Part shown: positions 13,116-29,065 of the stretch, piece by piece
How the letters are laid out: every line of letters starts with the position of its first letter
Numbering within the stretch: the first letter of the stretch is position 1
NCBI GenBank assembly: GCA_951406725.2
Contig: OX597821.1
Coordinates: forward strand, 496,001-560,000
Length of the DNA stretch: 64,000 nucleotides
Source: Octopus vulgaris
Lineage: Eukaryota
Direction of reading: 5' to 3'
Position numbers and translations under genes: made by a program
The notes under the pieces: generated by a model
Database searches by the model: none
Told to the model about the DNA's origin: nothing
Seen by the model: the letters and a program-made list of their open reading frames with translations, nothing else

Positions 13116-13807
13116 ATACAAAACAGCAATAACAAAGACACAAAGAAAATACAAAAATGTAGAAATACGTGCATATGTGCATCTATTTGTGTCCATATGT
13201 GCTTGTATGTAGTGTATGCCTATAAATAAATATATGTATATGTGTATATATTATATAGGCATTCCTCATTTCCCTTTCATTGGATGGCTGAAGCCAGTGA
13301 AAGGGAAAGAGTATGTATGAGAGAGTATTTCAATATAGTTTTATAGTTGTTTCCAGCCAGGTGAATCCTGATTGAGTAAAGGCATTCCAGCCATGACCAC
13401 TTCATCTATCATTGTATTTATTGTATCTATTGTATTTATTCATTTGTTTTGCAATCAGTGGCCTTCGTGGTCTAATTGTGCCTTTCTTTTTATTTCTTAC
13501 ACAATAGCTGTGCACTTTGAGGGAAGTTTGACTGCTATTTCTGTCAAGTCCAGCAACATCCATATTTAAGTTTCCTTCAAGAGGTGGTGATGGTGATGGT
13601 TGTGGTGATGATGATGATGGTGGTGGTGATAATGGTGATGGTGGCATCGGCATGCGCACGTGTGCGTAAATGTTATGTATGTGATGTAAGGAGAGATGGT
13701 GTAAAAGATAGAGAAAGTGGCAAGGGAGAAAAGGGTGTGGTTAGAGGCACATGAAAAGACGGGAGATAGAGTCTTAGGTAAAGAGAGAATGGTTATGAAG
13801 AGGGAGG

Positions 13808-13844
<37 letters not shown>

Positions 13845-15458
13845 ATAGAAAGAAAGGTAAGGTGGCAGTGGGTGGGGTGGGGGAAGTGAAACAAGAAGTA
13901 AAGGTATTCTTTCACTCAGTGTTCTTTATTTCATTGGTTTCAGGCATTGAACTGTAACCATGCTGGAGCACTACATCAAAAGGTGTGTAAGTCGATCATA
14001 CCACCCCAACCACACTCAACAATTATTTTCAAAGTTCGATGTTGTCTTTATCGATATCTGTTTGTCAGACCGCTAAGTTACAGGATATATAAAGTGGCAC
14101 ATACAATAAATACACAGTTTCCATTTACCAAATCCTGTGGCAATATGCATGAGTGCAGATATATCCATTACTGTATATCTGTATAAGGAGAGTGTGATAG
14201 GGAAATAGATATAACTACATAGATGGCTTATTAGATACTTAGGTAGGCAAATATAAAAGTATATAGATGACTCAATAGTTAGATAAGTAGGTAGATATGG
14301 AGTTATATAGAGAGATGCCTATTTAAATAGCTAAAAACATAGTAGATATAGAACTTTGAAGACAGGTATGCAGACGAGTGGTGAAATAAAGACATATAAA
14401 GTGACTATACAGATAGACTGGTAGATAGACATTAAAGTATGTGGATAGCTGTGTAGTTAGTTAAATAGACAGACAGAGTTAAACAGTTAGAGTTATATAA
14501 ATTGTTAAAGAGATGCAGAGGTAGGCTGATATAGAATGTAGGTGACTATATGGTTAGTTAAGATAGTTAGATAAACAGATATAGAATTAGACAGGTACTT
14601 CAGTTGATAGACAGATAGATATAGAGGTACATCGATAAAGATGTTAGTCAAAGAGTTGCAGAGATAGAAGTATGCAGGCAGCTATAGAGTTAGTTAAATA
14701 GTTTGTATAGATACTTAAACTGATAGACAGACAGAGGTATATAGATAGATATATTGATAGCTGAGAATGATAGAAAGATGGAGAGGTAGACAGATGTAGA
14801 GGAGGGGGGTGGCATAGATTGTAAGACAGATAAAGAAAGCAGCGTAGTGAATTCTCTTGCAGTTCTATGACAACAACAAACAAAAGCTGCCTCATCGTCG
14901 GCGTCGCCATCATATTCCTTATCATCATCAACAGTAGACGTAGGCAGAGAGAGAGAGAGAGAAAGAGCGAGTGAGAGCGTGACAAAGCTGGAGTTAGTCA
15001 TGGCTATTTTGCTGTGTGTGATCTGCACTGCATTCAGGTCATTACAACATGACAGTTGCATTTCTGAGGTGAAGTGTAAATGTGCACTGATGTAGAGATG
15101 CATTTCATCTTGGCTCTCTCTCTCTCTCTCTCTTTGGTTACTGGAATTGTTGTTTTTTTATGATGATGGTGGTGGTGGTGGTTGTAATAATAGTAGTGGT
15201 GAAGGTGATAGTTGTGGTGGTGGTTATGATGCTAAAATATAAGTCATGCTGGTTGTTCTGGTCGTTGTTGTCCTGGACAACCTATATCATAATTTTAACA
15301 TCCGCTTTTCCTCTCTCTCATTACACACACACACACCTATATGATAAAGTGAAAGTGATAAAGAGAGACAAAAATGTAAGAAAACATGGATGTGAGAACA
15401 AAGAATATAGAAAAATAAAAAGAAGGACAGTGAGAGTGGGAGGAAAGACAACCAGAGA

Positions 15459-15494
<36 letters not shown>

Positions 15495-15613
15495 GGAGGG
15501 AAAGGCAAGGAAAGCAAAAGGGAGGAGAGGAGAGAGAGTGAGTATGTGAAAGACAAAAATGGGTGTGAAACAAAGGAATATGTGTGTGTGTGTGTCCATA
15601 CACACACACATTA

Positions 15614-15665
<52 letters not shown>

Positions 15666-16732
15666 ATATACATGTGTATATAGTGAAAGTGAAAGTAGAA
15701 GCAAAGTAATTAAGCTAACAATATAAAATGCTGTCAATGCGAGAATGGTAATCTTTGCACTACTGCTGCCTTTACTGTCATCGTCATCGCTGCCGTCACC
15801 ATCCGGCATCATTACCACTACCACCACCACCACTACCGTTACTACTTCCCCCTTCCCACTATTAATCACCACTCCCACTTCACCCTTCCCTTTCTTCTTC
15901 CTCCTCCTTGTCCTCTCTCCCACTCACCCACAGACTTCAGATTTCATCCTTGACAGAAAGCACCAATACCATGGAAACCTGTCTCTACCTCACCACCACC
16001 CTTACACATTCACTTTTCTCTTCATCCTTGCTTTCTCTTTTCCTTCCCTTTATTTCTTTTCTCTTTCCTTTTATAGGTTTTCCCCCTTCATTCTACCCCC
16101 ACTCTCAGACTTTCTATATAGGTTCACTTCCCCACCTTTTCATGTTACCCCTGCCTGTCCCCATTCCTGTCTTGCCCTCATTCCAATCCAGTCTAATCCA
16201 AAGCAATTCCATACAATCCACCACCACCACCACCACCAACCCATTCCTTTCCCTCACAGAACCCTACCAATCCCATTTCACCCTTCCACCACAACTACTA
16301 ACTGCTACCACAACCTCTGCCTACCTGAATGACAATGTTTCAAGTAAGATTGAAACTGGAGAATTTTTAACAGTTATGGAGAAGAGAGAAAGAGAAGAAA
16401 AGAAAGAGAGTGAGAGAGTCACGTGGTGATGATAGTTATGCATGTGTGTGTGGTGGGGGGGGGGATGTGGAGATTGTGGAGCTGTAGTGATGTGTCAGAC
16501 AGCCCTGATGGCTTCCTATGACAATTGTTAGTCTGATAGCCTGACATATATCTACATATTTCTCTAGCACTCATTCCAATACCCATCCGTCCATCCATCT
16601 CTCCTCCCACTCTCTCTCTCCATGTTAATATTAAATATATAACTTGTAATTACACATGCATTTGTTTATATACACATACATTCTTATATTACACATATAA
16701 GTTTTTGTGTATGTATATATAATATATGTGTA

Positions 16733-16778
<46 letters not shown>

Positions 16779-17583
16779 GTATGTATATGTGATTACATGT
16801 GTATATATTTATTTGCCTTTATGTATACGCACATATATATGAATGTATTTATATACACATGATTGAATTTCAGTTAATTCTTTCATTTTTCTTACATACT
16901 TGTGTATATAACATATATGTGCAAATATGATTATGTATCCTTTTTTATAATAATATGCATATCCTTATGTGTATATATATATATATACCAATTCACACAC
17001 ATACACACACAAATTCTTTTTGTCTGGTATTTGCTCTTTCATTAATATATTAATTCCAGTGAAAAAATTTTTTATTTACCAAATTGAGACATCAATCAGC
17101 TCTACACACAGACAATGATATCTCCAATGAAGCTTGTCTCAGAGTATGGCTTTCTTGTTAACTTATTTTAACAACTTTTATCGAAATCAATTGATTTCAC
17201 TTTGTTATTTTCATATTTCTTCTTTGTCTTGTAGTTTCGGCATCGAAGATGCACTATTACGTAATAATATTACATTCTAGAAATATACTATTTTGAGAAT
17301 AATTCTTGTTCAAATAACAGACACTATATGTTTTGTAAATGCTTCCATAGATTTCCTGAATATATATCTGTGCATGTGTGTATGTATGTATGTATGTATG
17401 TATGTATGTATGTATGTGTGTGTGTGTGTGTATATATATATATAATCATTATTATTCTAATGTCCACTTTTCTGAGGTTGGTGACAAGGCAGGTACCCAG
17501 TCATAGAAATTCTGCCTGAATAATTTGCCTGATCCATGTGAGCATGGAAATGATGATAATGTTAATATATATATATATATATA

Positions 17584-17838
17584 TCATCATCATCATCATC
17601 ATCATTTAGCGTCCGCTTTCCATGCTAGCATGGGTTGGACGGTTCAACTGGGGTCTGGGAAGCCAGAAGGCTGCACCAAGCCCAGTCTGATCTAGCAATG
17701 TTTCTACGGTTGGATACCCTTCCTAATGCCAACCACTCCGTGAGTGTAGTGGGTGCTTTTTATGTGCCAGACGAGGCTGGCAAACGGCCACGATCGGGTG
17801 GTGCTTTTTATGTGCCACCGGCATGGGGTGCTTTTTAC
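17584..17838 (-). mobile_element. SINE family C, 3' part
   Basis: (CAT)n then TTTAGCGTCCGCTTTCCATGCTAGCATGGGTTGG; nearly identical to 59606-59801. Confidence 0.8.
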
Positions 17839-18785
17839 GTGTGTGTGTGTGTGTAGATGCAGAAAAACACATTTCCATTGGTTCCAGGCATTAGGCTGGG
17901 TGTGACCATGTGGGTATATGACTTTCATGGAGATTTCCCTCAAACATGTTGTACTTTCTTAGTCTCGTGCTAATATTATCTATTTGAATTTCTCAAATTG
18001 CAAAGTTTTATCTCCTGCAATTTGCCACTCAGCTTTGACATAAGTTTACACAACACAGGCACACCAATGAAGACGAGAAACATGAAATTGAGAGTAGTGA
18101 TATGCACAGACTCACCTTTGAATAAATGACTAAATAATGATATTCCACTCTACCAAACAATACTGAGAACTTCTTTTACAAACTTCTGTAATTTACACCG
18201 ATGTAAACCTAAAATCACCAATCTATCTCTCTATCCATCCATTTATATTTACACATATACGTGTGAAACTAAAAATTATGGCTGTAACTTGCAAGTAAGT
18301 ATGGCTCAGCAATGTTCCATGCTTTTTCTTATTGTTTAAGGTACCTACGTTGTCATGGGCAGACATAAACACCTCCTAGGCTCTTCCATTTTCGACCCTG
18401 TGGAAGATTCAGGATGTGACAGACAGAGAGAGGGAAACAGGGCTGCACAAGCATCTGGCAGGCCCTTTTTTTTTTTACTGGACTCCAAAAATGACGGAGG
18501 GCAAAGTTTGGTAGGATTTGAACTTTGGTGTGCAGAAAGTTAGAACAAATATCAAAACTTTTTGTTCAGTGCGCTAAAAAACTCTGTCAATGGACTAAAC
18601 CACACACGGACATTGAGATTCTGCACAGAATCCAAGAACAGAAATTCATTCATAAGATATTGGTTAACCTGAAACTTTAGCAGAATACAACTGAGCCAGG
18701 TGTGATGCAATTTAACTGAACTCAAAATCACATGCCTGACATACAAATGTATTAACCACATGACTACACACACACACGTGTATAC

Positions 18786-18819
<34 letters not shown>

Positions 18820-19273
18820 ATATATGTTTTTACATCTATCTATGAACAGCCATATTACTTTGTATTTCATAATTATAACAACATACATATATAAACAGGT
18901 TGCTGTGTACATGAAAACATTTTATGAGCCCTTTCATAAAATAGTCTTTTATAACTGCACAAATATTACATAATTCTTGCATATGGAAATATATTTTATA
19001 ACCCCTTTCTCATTTCCATAGTACCATCTATTACCAAACAATACACATATTTCACAATTCTTGCATATAAAAAATATATTTCATGACCCCTTTCTTATTT
19101 CCATAGGTACCAGCTATTGCATATCTATATACATATTTCATAGTTCTCACATATGAAAATACATTTCACAAGCCCAGTTTTAACAATACACACATTTCAT
19201 GATTCTTTTATTCTACCATTTGTTCAAGGATCACATATTTGCAGTCTTCACAACTACTGTATATTTCATATCT

Positions 19274-19309
<36 letters not shown>

Positions 19310-19560
19310 CTCTCATAACTATATTTCACATACCAAAAACATCATAATTATTTTATATACATCATAGAACAATCATATATATTCATTATATTTCATATAT
19401 CCATAACATAAGGCTAAAACATAATTGCTTTTATATATATATATACTATTATATTCATTCCTTATTTTTTTCGTATCTCCTCATAGTCTGTAATTGAATC
19501 TGTTCCTTCCCTATGACATGTTTCAAAACAAGTGTTTATATTATACTTGAAACAATCATT

Positions 19561-19592
<32 letters not shown>

Positions 19593-19904
19593 TACACACA
19601 CACACATCATGGCTCCGATATATTTATATACATGTCTATTTATCTTGGAATTCCATTAATATTTTACGCACAAGTCAACAGACATGACAGATTCCATCTT
19701 TTGCAATATTTCATATAATTCTCTTGCATGTTTTACTATAATTCCATATGTTGTCTGAGATTCTGCATAATTCCAGAAACATTAAAAACATTTGGGATTT
19801 TTTTCCGTTTCTTTACATACGTTTTTTTAAAATGAAGAATTAATAAAATTTCTCTTTTTTTTTTGTTTTTTTTTTAAAAATTGATAAGTAAAAGAATAAA
19901 AAGA

Positions 19905-19937
<33 letters not shown>

Positions 19938-22900
19938 GAAAAATATCTTTTCTGAAGACAAAAAAAATACAATAAAAATTATGAAAAGATATTTAGAAGA
20001 AATATAATTTTCCGTAATATTTTATTTTTCCATGTCTTTATTTTGTCTTTTTGTTCTCTTTCACAAATTTATTTATTTATTTATTTATTTATTCCAAACC
20101 ATTATATACAATATATAAGTATATATCTTATATATATTGTATATATATATGTGTCTATGTATATTGCCGGCATTTGTAAGATTGGCACACAGAGAGATGG
20201 CGCGCAAATATATAGATTAACAGATATATAGATATATAAAGTGAGTCACATGACTAATATTTAGAAGCGAGAGTACAACATCAAATATATATAAAATATA
20301 TATATATACATACATGTGTGTATACATATATATAATTTTAAAGTGCTTGTATTAAATGCATATGAAGTGAATGCATGTATGTATATATGGATCTGTAACC
20401 GTGCATGTGCAATTATCATGTGCATAAATATATATATACATAGAAACAGGTGCACATATATAATAATAATAATAAATACTACAAACACATATAAGTCTAT
20501 ACAGATATATGTATACACGTATATCTATATATACATATACCTATATATAGATATATATGGATAGAAATAATTATATATACAATAATAATATTACAAATAT
20601 ATATAAATATATATCTATATATATATATATATATATTATATAAAACCACATGATATAAAGAAAGCTTGCATGAGTGATCGCATGACACACAGATAAATAT
20701 ATTTATACATCCAAATACATATATTGATATCAACATACATTCATAACTGGGTGTGTGCATCTTATGAATATTTATACACATAGGTATATATACATCATCA
20801 TTATACATACTGTACACATATGCATATACACAATGAGTCAAGCATACATTACTTTGGAGAAAAGGATAGTTTGTTCACATCTCCAGAAATATATATATAC
20901 ATATTCAAATGCAGTTTGCTTGTGTATATGCATATGTGTTATATATATATATGTGTGTGTATGTACATGATTGTATGTATGTGCATACATTCACTAACAT
21001 TAATAAATCAAATGGTAGCATGCCATTCTACTTTCACATCAAAGATATTTTACATCAATTTGTATAGGAGCTCGACAGTAAGGACTGAAAGACTGGACTA
21101 AAGGAGGAAAAATAATAATTCTTCATACACGCATACTCACACACATTCAAATCATATGGAGAGCCAAAACAAAATCGCAGAAGCTAATTAAATAAATCTC
21201 ATTAAAAACCTTTCCAATAAACCCTCCAACACCCCTTAAGACCACCTCGGAGTCTAGGGTACAAAACGTTTGCTTTAAAGTGTTCAGCTTTAATTACATC
21301 CAACATCCACCCAAAATTAATTCAAGAATCTTTTAAGATAAAGTTTAATTAGTTATCTAATCTGCTGTTTCCAAGATACCAGATTAATTAACATGAACTA
21401 AAGTTATTTTATTTTAATAAATCTCGCAAAATTTTGGTTGTTTTCAAAATTAATTAAAATGCCTAAGAATAATTTTTTCTTGTTAGAAATATGATCATAA
21501 AATGTTAAATAAAATCAAATTTCATATAAAACAATAATTTACAAAAAAAAAAAAATTCTGTATTTCACATAGAAATATTGGGGAAGACTTTTTGTGTGTG
21601 AGTGTCTGCATATGATGAAATGGAAAAAGATAGGGATGGAACCGCTAATGTTACTTTAGTCTGATAAGAGTAACTGGAGACAGATGTCATATACCAGAAT
21701 CCAAGAAACCTATGGCAGAGGGTGGGGGAATGGCAGAGTAATATTATTTCTGTTCCCTCCCTTGACTTTAGGGACACTGTTGTTTTTGTTCATGTTGTTA
21801 TCATGCCTTGTAGCTGTATCATTCAATTACTATCGGAAAACTATACTACACTAGGAACCCTTCTTTTGAATATATTGCTGTTGTTGTATAAGGTTGAGTT
21901 TATGGAAAACAGAAAGAATTGCTCAGGAACACAAGACAAAAAAATCCCTAAAAAACAAAATAGAGGTCTCTTGTTTTGGATGTCTATACATTATATATAC
22001 ATCCACAAACATACAAACATGCATACAGTCAAAAGCACATACACACACATTGATTTGCTATGTGCCTAAGGATTTCTAAGATAAATAATAAATAGAAAAT
22101 AAAGAGAAATTAGAAAATGTCAAGTCACATTGTCAAGGAACCACACTTCTTAAGGTTGCTGGCTCTCATTTTATCATGTACATCTGTGTGTGTATGTATG
22201 TATGCAATTATATATGAGTGCGTGGATGTATGTATAAATTATATATGTCTAATGTGTAAGTATATGTGCATCAATCAATCTATCTGCCTATCTATATATA
22301 TAAATGTGTGTACGAATATGTTATTAACTTCGAAGTTTCAGTAAGTGTGTGGTTCATTCAAATTGATTGAACAATGAACAAACTTGGCAAAACTTCGAAA
22401 TCCCTGTCAACAAAGTTATCGTGAATTAATAAGACATACTCTACTTGCATTGAGCATTCTATTCAGATAACAGTCTCAGTTTTATACATGCAAAAAAAAA
22501 AAAATAAACGTTAATTTTTAAATATATTATATACACATATGTGATACAAGCAAGAAAACACAAACTTATATATTTCCATATATATAATGTATAAATATAT
22601 ATATACATTATATATATTTATATATAATGTGTGTGTTATATATACCCATACATAGAAATGCACACACACATATATATGTAAAAATGCATTTAAGTATATA
22701 CCTAGATATAATAAATATCTATGCATACATGTACTTGAAATAAATATGAGTGTGTACTTCTATTCATATATACTCCCAGACTCATTAAAAAATCATGCTT
22801 TCTCCACCAACAATGTCAACTAATTTACATGTGATATCAATAGTAATTATTGCTATGGAAGTGTATCTTCATAGATCACTGCCTAATTAATTACTTAATG

Positions 22901-23095
22901 ATACTGAGCATGTAGTAGAATTAATTTCCTGTACTAATTAGCATTTCTGATTCTATATATGTAAGTAAGCTTTCATGCGTTCTCCCATGTTTGTGTATGT
23001 ATAATTTCATTGCCTATATATATATGTTATTCCTGGGCAAGTACTCACAATGATATGATTTTCTTACACACACATACACATATAAATATATATGC

Positions 23096-23132
<37 letters not shown>

Positions 23133-23189
23133 CCCTCACACAAAGGTGCTAATAAATGTATCTATATACATATATATCCACACACATAT

Positions 23190-23230
<41 letters not shown>

Positions 23231-23324
23231 CATAAATATATATATGTTTAGACACACTATACACACACTGATCAATGTATGTATATATATATACACACAC
23301 ACACACACGCGCACATACACATGT

Positions 23325-23530
23325 GCGGCAAGCTGGCAGAATCGTTAGCACGCCGGGCAAAACACTTGGCAGTATTTCATCCGTTTTTACAGTCCGAGTT
23401 CAAATTTCACCAAGCTTTGCCTGTCATCCCTTGGAGGTCGATAAAATAAGTACCAACTAAACACTTGGATTGGTGAGATTGACTTACTCCATCCCTGAAA
23501 TTGCTGGCCTTGAGCCAAAATTTGAAACCA
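23325..23530 (+). mobile_element. SINE family B
   Basis: GCTGGCAGAATCGTTAGCACGCCGGGC head, GAGTTCAAATT B box, GGTCGATAAAATAAGTACC core. Confidence 0.8.
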
Positions 23531-23683
23531 AAACTATATATCTAATTTTTGTATATAAATAATGAAAGAATATATTTTTTTAAGGTGTATATAGACTAAT
23601 GCACATATTGGCTTATAATGGTTCCAATTTATACATTATATCTTAGAACAGATTCTTGTACTTTAGATAATGAGGACTGGAGA

Positions 23684-23714
<31 letters not shown>

Positions 23715-23859
23715 ATGCGTCTGTGTATATTACATAAATATACGCATATCTATCTAAATGTATGTATTTATTAAAATATATGTATGTATTTATATAAACA
23801 CATAAGTGTGCGTTATATAAATGTGTATTATAAGAAATAATCTTCCTCTCTTTCTATAT

Positions 23860-24330
23860 TATATATACATACATATATATACATATATATATATATACAT
23901 ATATATACATATATATATATACATACATATATATACATATATATATATACATATATATACATATATATACATATACATATATATACATATACATATATAT
24001 ACATATACATATATATACATACATATACATATATATACATATATACATATATATAAATATACATACATATATACATAAATATACATACATATACACATAA
24101 ATATACATATATATATATATATACACATACACATATACATACATATATATACATATATATACACATATATATACATATATATACATATATATATACATAC
24201 ATATATACATACATATATATACACATATATATACATATATATACACATATATATACATATATATACATATATATATACATACATATATACATACATATAT
24301 ATATACATATATATACATATATATACATAT

Positions 24331-24364
<34 letters not shown>

Positions 24365-24392
24365 GTATATATACATATACACATACATATAT
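23860..24392. repeat. (TA)n/(TACA)n compound microsatellite
   Basis: Directly visible; yields the Y/I/M/C pseudo-ORFs. Confidence 0.95.
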
Positions 24393-24813
24393 AACTTGTT
24401 CCATTTCCATGACTAAGTACATACATTGCTATGACTAATTTTATACATACATACTTGCACGCACATGTATATCTATTTGTGTGTGTGTGTATATATATGC
24501 ATATTTGTGTGTGTGTGTATATGCATAAAATTGTATAATTATTACTGTAATAATAGACAAATGTCTATGTATAATATGAACCATATAAATACACACCTCA
24601 AGTCAGAATATTACAAATGTATATACACGAGGACATCCCTTGAGAAATATACCTGTATAAATGCACTTGCATACATTTATATATACTTACATGTACAAAT
24701 ACATACATACATACATATATATATAGTTTTATATATATATATATATGTTCACACACACACACACATATATATATATAATTCAGTTAGCGGTTGAGGTAGC
24801 CGTTTTCTTCCTC

Positions 24814-24862
<49 letters not shown>

Positions 24863-24934
24863 CATATCTATATGCATACACATACATATCTATATGCATA
24901 TATATACACACACACACATACAAACACAGGTATA

Positions 24935-25020
<86 letters not shown>

Positions 25021-25668
25021 TGCATATACAGAAATTTATACATAAGTACCAAAATGTTTATCTATCTTCTTTATACAGAAGACATCTGGATATTGCATGA
25101 TTGTGGGGGGAAATGAAAACAAAGATAGAAATAAAAAAGAAAGCAACATAGAAAATAGCCCACCAGATACAATGGGGAGGGGAGAGAGGGGGGATGGAGG
25201 GAGATCAAACATAACAATGAAGAGTGACTTAAATCCCTAACAAAAACAAAGGGAATAAAACCCCCCATTAATCCTTATTATCGTATTACTATTACGGGTT
25301 AAGATTAGTACGATGATAATTATGATGGTGGAAATAACCATTATCAGATACCATTAGGAAATTTTAAAATAAAACTAAATCTATTCATATATATATATAT
25401 GTATATATGTGTGAATGTGTGTGTGTGTGTGTTTGTATGTGTGTGTGTGTGCATATGTATATAATATCTGGTAAATATATTAAATAAATAAAAATGTATT
25501 AATATATAGAAAATTATATTTTTTAGTTTTACTTTCTCTCTTCTATCATTCTACCTCCTCTTGTTATTGCTTATTACCACCACCACCACCACCATCACTG
25601 TGATGGTGGCAGAGGTTTCTGTGGTGGGGGTGAGGAAGAAGAGGACGTGGAAGTGGGTACTTGTCCCT

Positions 25669-25701
<33 letters not shown>

Positions 25702-25829
25702 AGGATAACATGACTGATTAAACATGGAATAGAGAAAGAGAGAAAGAAAGAGAAAATGATAGGCAATTTCAAGAGAACTCAATCTATCTATCAATCTCTC
25801 AAATCTGTTCCTTTCTTTCAGTATTTGTG

Positions 25830-25932
<103 letters not shown>

Positions 25933-26183
25933 ATGTAGTCTTACACACACAGATATATATTTCACATATACTAATACTCTATGTATGTGTAAATATTTCA
26001 TAGCTTGGACTTAATTTTTAGATGATGACTATACATTTAAACTAGTGAGTTTTAACATTGCTACAAAGATGACTCGATTTACTATGAATATAAAAGATAG
26101 TATTCTGATTGTACTGTATATAGTTTGGTATAGTATTGAACAGCATATAATACAGTATTGACTTGATATAAGTATAACATGTG

Positions 26184-26234
<51 letters not shown>

Positions 26235-26972
26235 AGAGAGAGGAAGAGATGTGTATGCATGTATGTATGTGTGTGTGTATGTATATATATATATATATAT
26301 ATATATAAATGCATATAAGTGAATGTATGTATAAAGTAGCAGAGGTTTCATTCTCAGACAGTTTTAAAAATAAAATAAAATGAAATAAAATAAAATTGTG
26401 TGTGTGTGTGTATTTGGCAAGGACGGGTGAGTGTTAAAGGATTTTTAAAATATTAAGAAAAAAATAAATAAAAATTATAAACCCCCATTTTTCCCTTATT
26501 CCAACTTCTATCTCACTACTACAACCCACCCCCTACGAAAACAAGCAAATATATATATATATATAACAAAGAACATAATTTGGAGGGGGTTGAAAAGGAT
26601 AAAGAAAACAGTTTTAAAAAGGTTTGTGGGGGGAAAAAAAGAAAAAAGAAAAAGGGGGTAAGAGCTGCTGGAGGTTGGGAAACAGGAAAGGAAGCTCTTA
26701 GTACTACTACTCCATCTAAGACTGACTGGAACAAAGGAATTATTTGAAGATGTAAGGAATGACGGAGGAGATATGTGTAGTTTACTAGGGAGAGAATGAA
26801 CAGAAAATATCTACTTTTTGTTTTTGTTTTTTGATTTTGGGATGAGCTTTTACTGTCAATGTTTAAATCGGCTCAGACGTATGATGCATGCATCTGTCTT
26901 TGTGTGTGTGATATTTGACTGGGCATATACGCATGTATTATATATATATATATATATATGTATGCGTGAATG

Positions 26973-27006
<34 letters not shown>

Positions 27007-27089
27007 GTGCATATGCATTTACAAGAGTATGCATTTGTGTTGCGTGTTCACGTTATTACATACCCGAAATATATATATATATATGTGCA

Positions 27090-27121
<32 letters not shown>

Positions 27122-27130
27122 CATATATAT

Positions 27131-27177
27131 ATATTGTTATATTTAGGAATGGTCATATTGCCAGTTTAGCCAATAAA
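27131..27177 (-). mobile_element. Terminal remnant of the PLE family found at 58.1-59.5 kb
   Basis: ATATTGTTATATTTAGGAATGGTCATATTGCCAGTTTAGCCAATAAA matches 58174-58220 with 3 substitutions; embedded in (TA)n. Confidence 0.7.
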
Positions 27178-27895
27178 TATTTAAACGTACATATATATAT
27201 ATATATATATATATAATAGGTGTAATAATGCATGTCTATGTATGAATCTATTTCATATACATTTACCTGCTTATATGCATCTTTGAACACGCATCATCAT
27301 GATCATCATCCACTATGCATATATATACACATATATATTTATATATGGTACATGTACCTACATTTATATACATGTATACATGATGTAGATATATATGTGC
27401 ACATGCATGTTCACCTGTATAGACATATGTATATATATACATACACACAAATATACAAAAGTTTATATATATATATATATATAAAGATTCTGTAAATATA
27501 ACAAAGTAAGCATGTATAAGTGTGTATGTATATGTTCACGTGAGTTTGAGTACGTGTATGTGTGTATATAGATATATATATATATTATACACATACAAAT
27601 ACATACATTCATTAAATATGTATGAATATAAGAATATACATATGCATACATACATTATATACATATATGTATATATATATATATATATATTTATATACAT
27701 ATATATATATTCATATATACACAGACACACACAGACACATATGCTGTTATACATATGTGTGTGTGTGTGTGCTCGTGTGTGTATGAAAGAGACAAGATAG
27801 ATAGATATAGATAGAGAGATAGAAAGAGAGATATACTGAGAGAATGGACAAGGGTATATAAGAGCAGCATAAAAACTGCCAGTCACAGTACTTAC

Positions 27896-28106
27896 CGCCT
27901 GCTACCATGGTATTTTTGACAACACAGTAAGCCCTATTGTTGACGACTACTATTACAACAAGATATGACACCAACACCAACAGACAACGGGTTACTCACA
28001 ACACACTGTACACGAAGAATGACTGAGCAAGCCAGAGAAACAGAGCAGTGAGCTAGAGAGAAGCCTAAGCGGTGGAGCTCGTTGTGAAGGGGAGGTAAGT
28101 TTTATA
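27896..28106 (-). promoter_or_regulatory. Candidate TATA promoter and first exon ending in ATG GTA GCA GGC G|GTAAGT (MVAG, phase 1)
   Basis: TATAAAA at 28106-28100 (minus), pyrimidine-rich leader, Kozak-like AAATACCATGG (ATG at 27908), consensus donor at 27895; CCAAT boxes upstream (~28467, ~28712). Confidence 0.45.
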
Positions 28107-28157
28107 GGCTGGGGCTCCCCCTCAGCTTGTGACTGGCTGACGGAGTTGGTTGGATAG

Positions 28158-28432
28158 ATGGATTGGATGGTGGCTAGGCTGGCTGGCTGGCTGGCTGGCT
28201 GGATGGATGGCTGGATGGATGGCTGGATGGTGGTGAGGAGTAGGTGGTGGATGGACGGACGGACGGATGGATGGATGGTCTGGCTCTTTGGACTTAATGT
28301 TGGTCTGATAGCGGTGGCAATGGAGGTGGTGGGGAGGAGGCGGCTAGCTTGGAAGTGGGAGGTGAGGCTTGAGCTACCAGGCTGGCTGGCTGGCTGGCTG
28401 GCTGGCCGTCTGGCCGGCCGTCTGGCTGGTTG
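28158..28432. repeat. (GGAT)n/(GGCT)n tetranucleotide repeats
   Basis: Directly visible. Confidence 0.85.
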
Positions 28433-28642
28433 GTAAGTAAGTCAGTTGGTTCGGAAAGACCAGTGTCCAATCACTTCTACTACTGCTGCTGCCGGCTTTG
28501 TCTGATCCTGATGATTAAGATGATGATGATGATGACAAAGAGAAAGAGAAGGACGATGATGATGATGATGATTGGAAAGAAATAGTGGTGGTGGTGGTGG
28601 TGGTGAAAAAAAGATGATCTCAGTGGTGGTAATGTAGTCTGA

Positions 28643-28694
<52 letters not shown>

Positions 28695-28813
28695 CCGTCA
28701 GCGGTCATTTGATTGGCTGGTTGGATAAACAGTGGAAAGGCTGCCGGACATTCATCATCATTTAAATAATGCTGCTGCTGCTGCTGCTACTACTACTACT
28801 ACTACTACTACTG

Positions 28814-28853
<40 letters not shown>

Positions 28854-29024
28854 CAGTGATACTATTACAACTATTACAATTTTCACTGCTATATAACTTC
28901 TACTACTACTACAGATGCTATGACTGCTACTACTACTGCTATTCTGCTAATGATGAGGATGGTGATAATGATGGTGATTACACACACACACACTCATATA
29001 TGTGTGATATTGTGAAGATAAACA

Positions 29025-29065
<41 letters not shown>

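Noticed and set aside
17850-22400. Conserved bilaterian miRNAs in the unique stretches
   Set aside because: No mature sequence I could recall was found by eye; a MirGeneDB search would be needed to exclude lineage-specific miRNAs.
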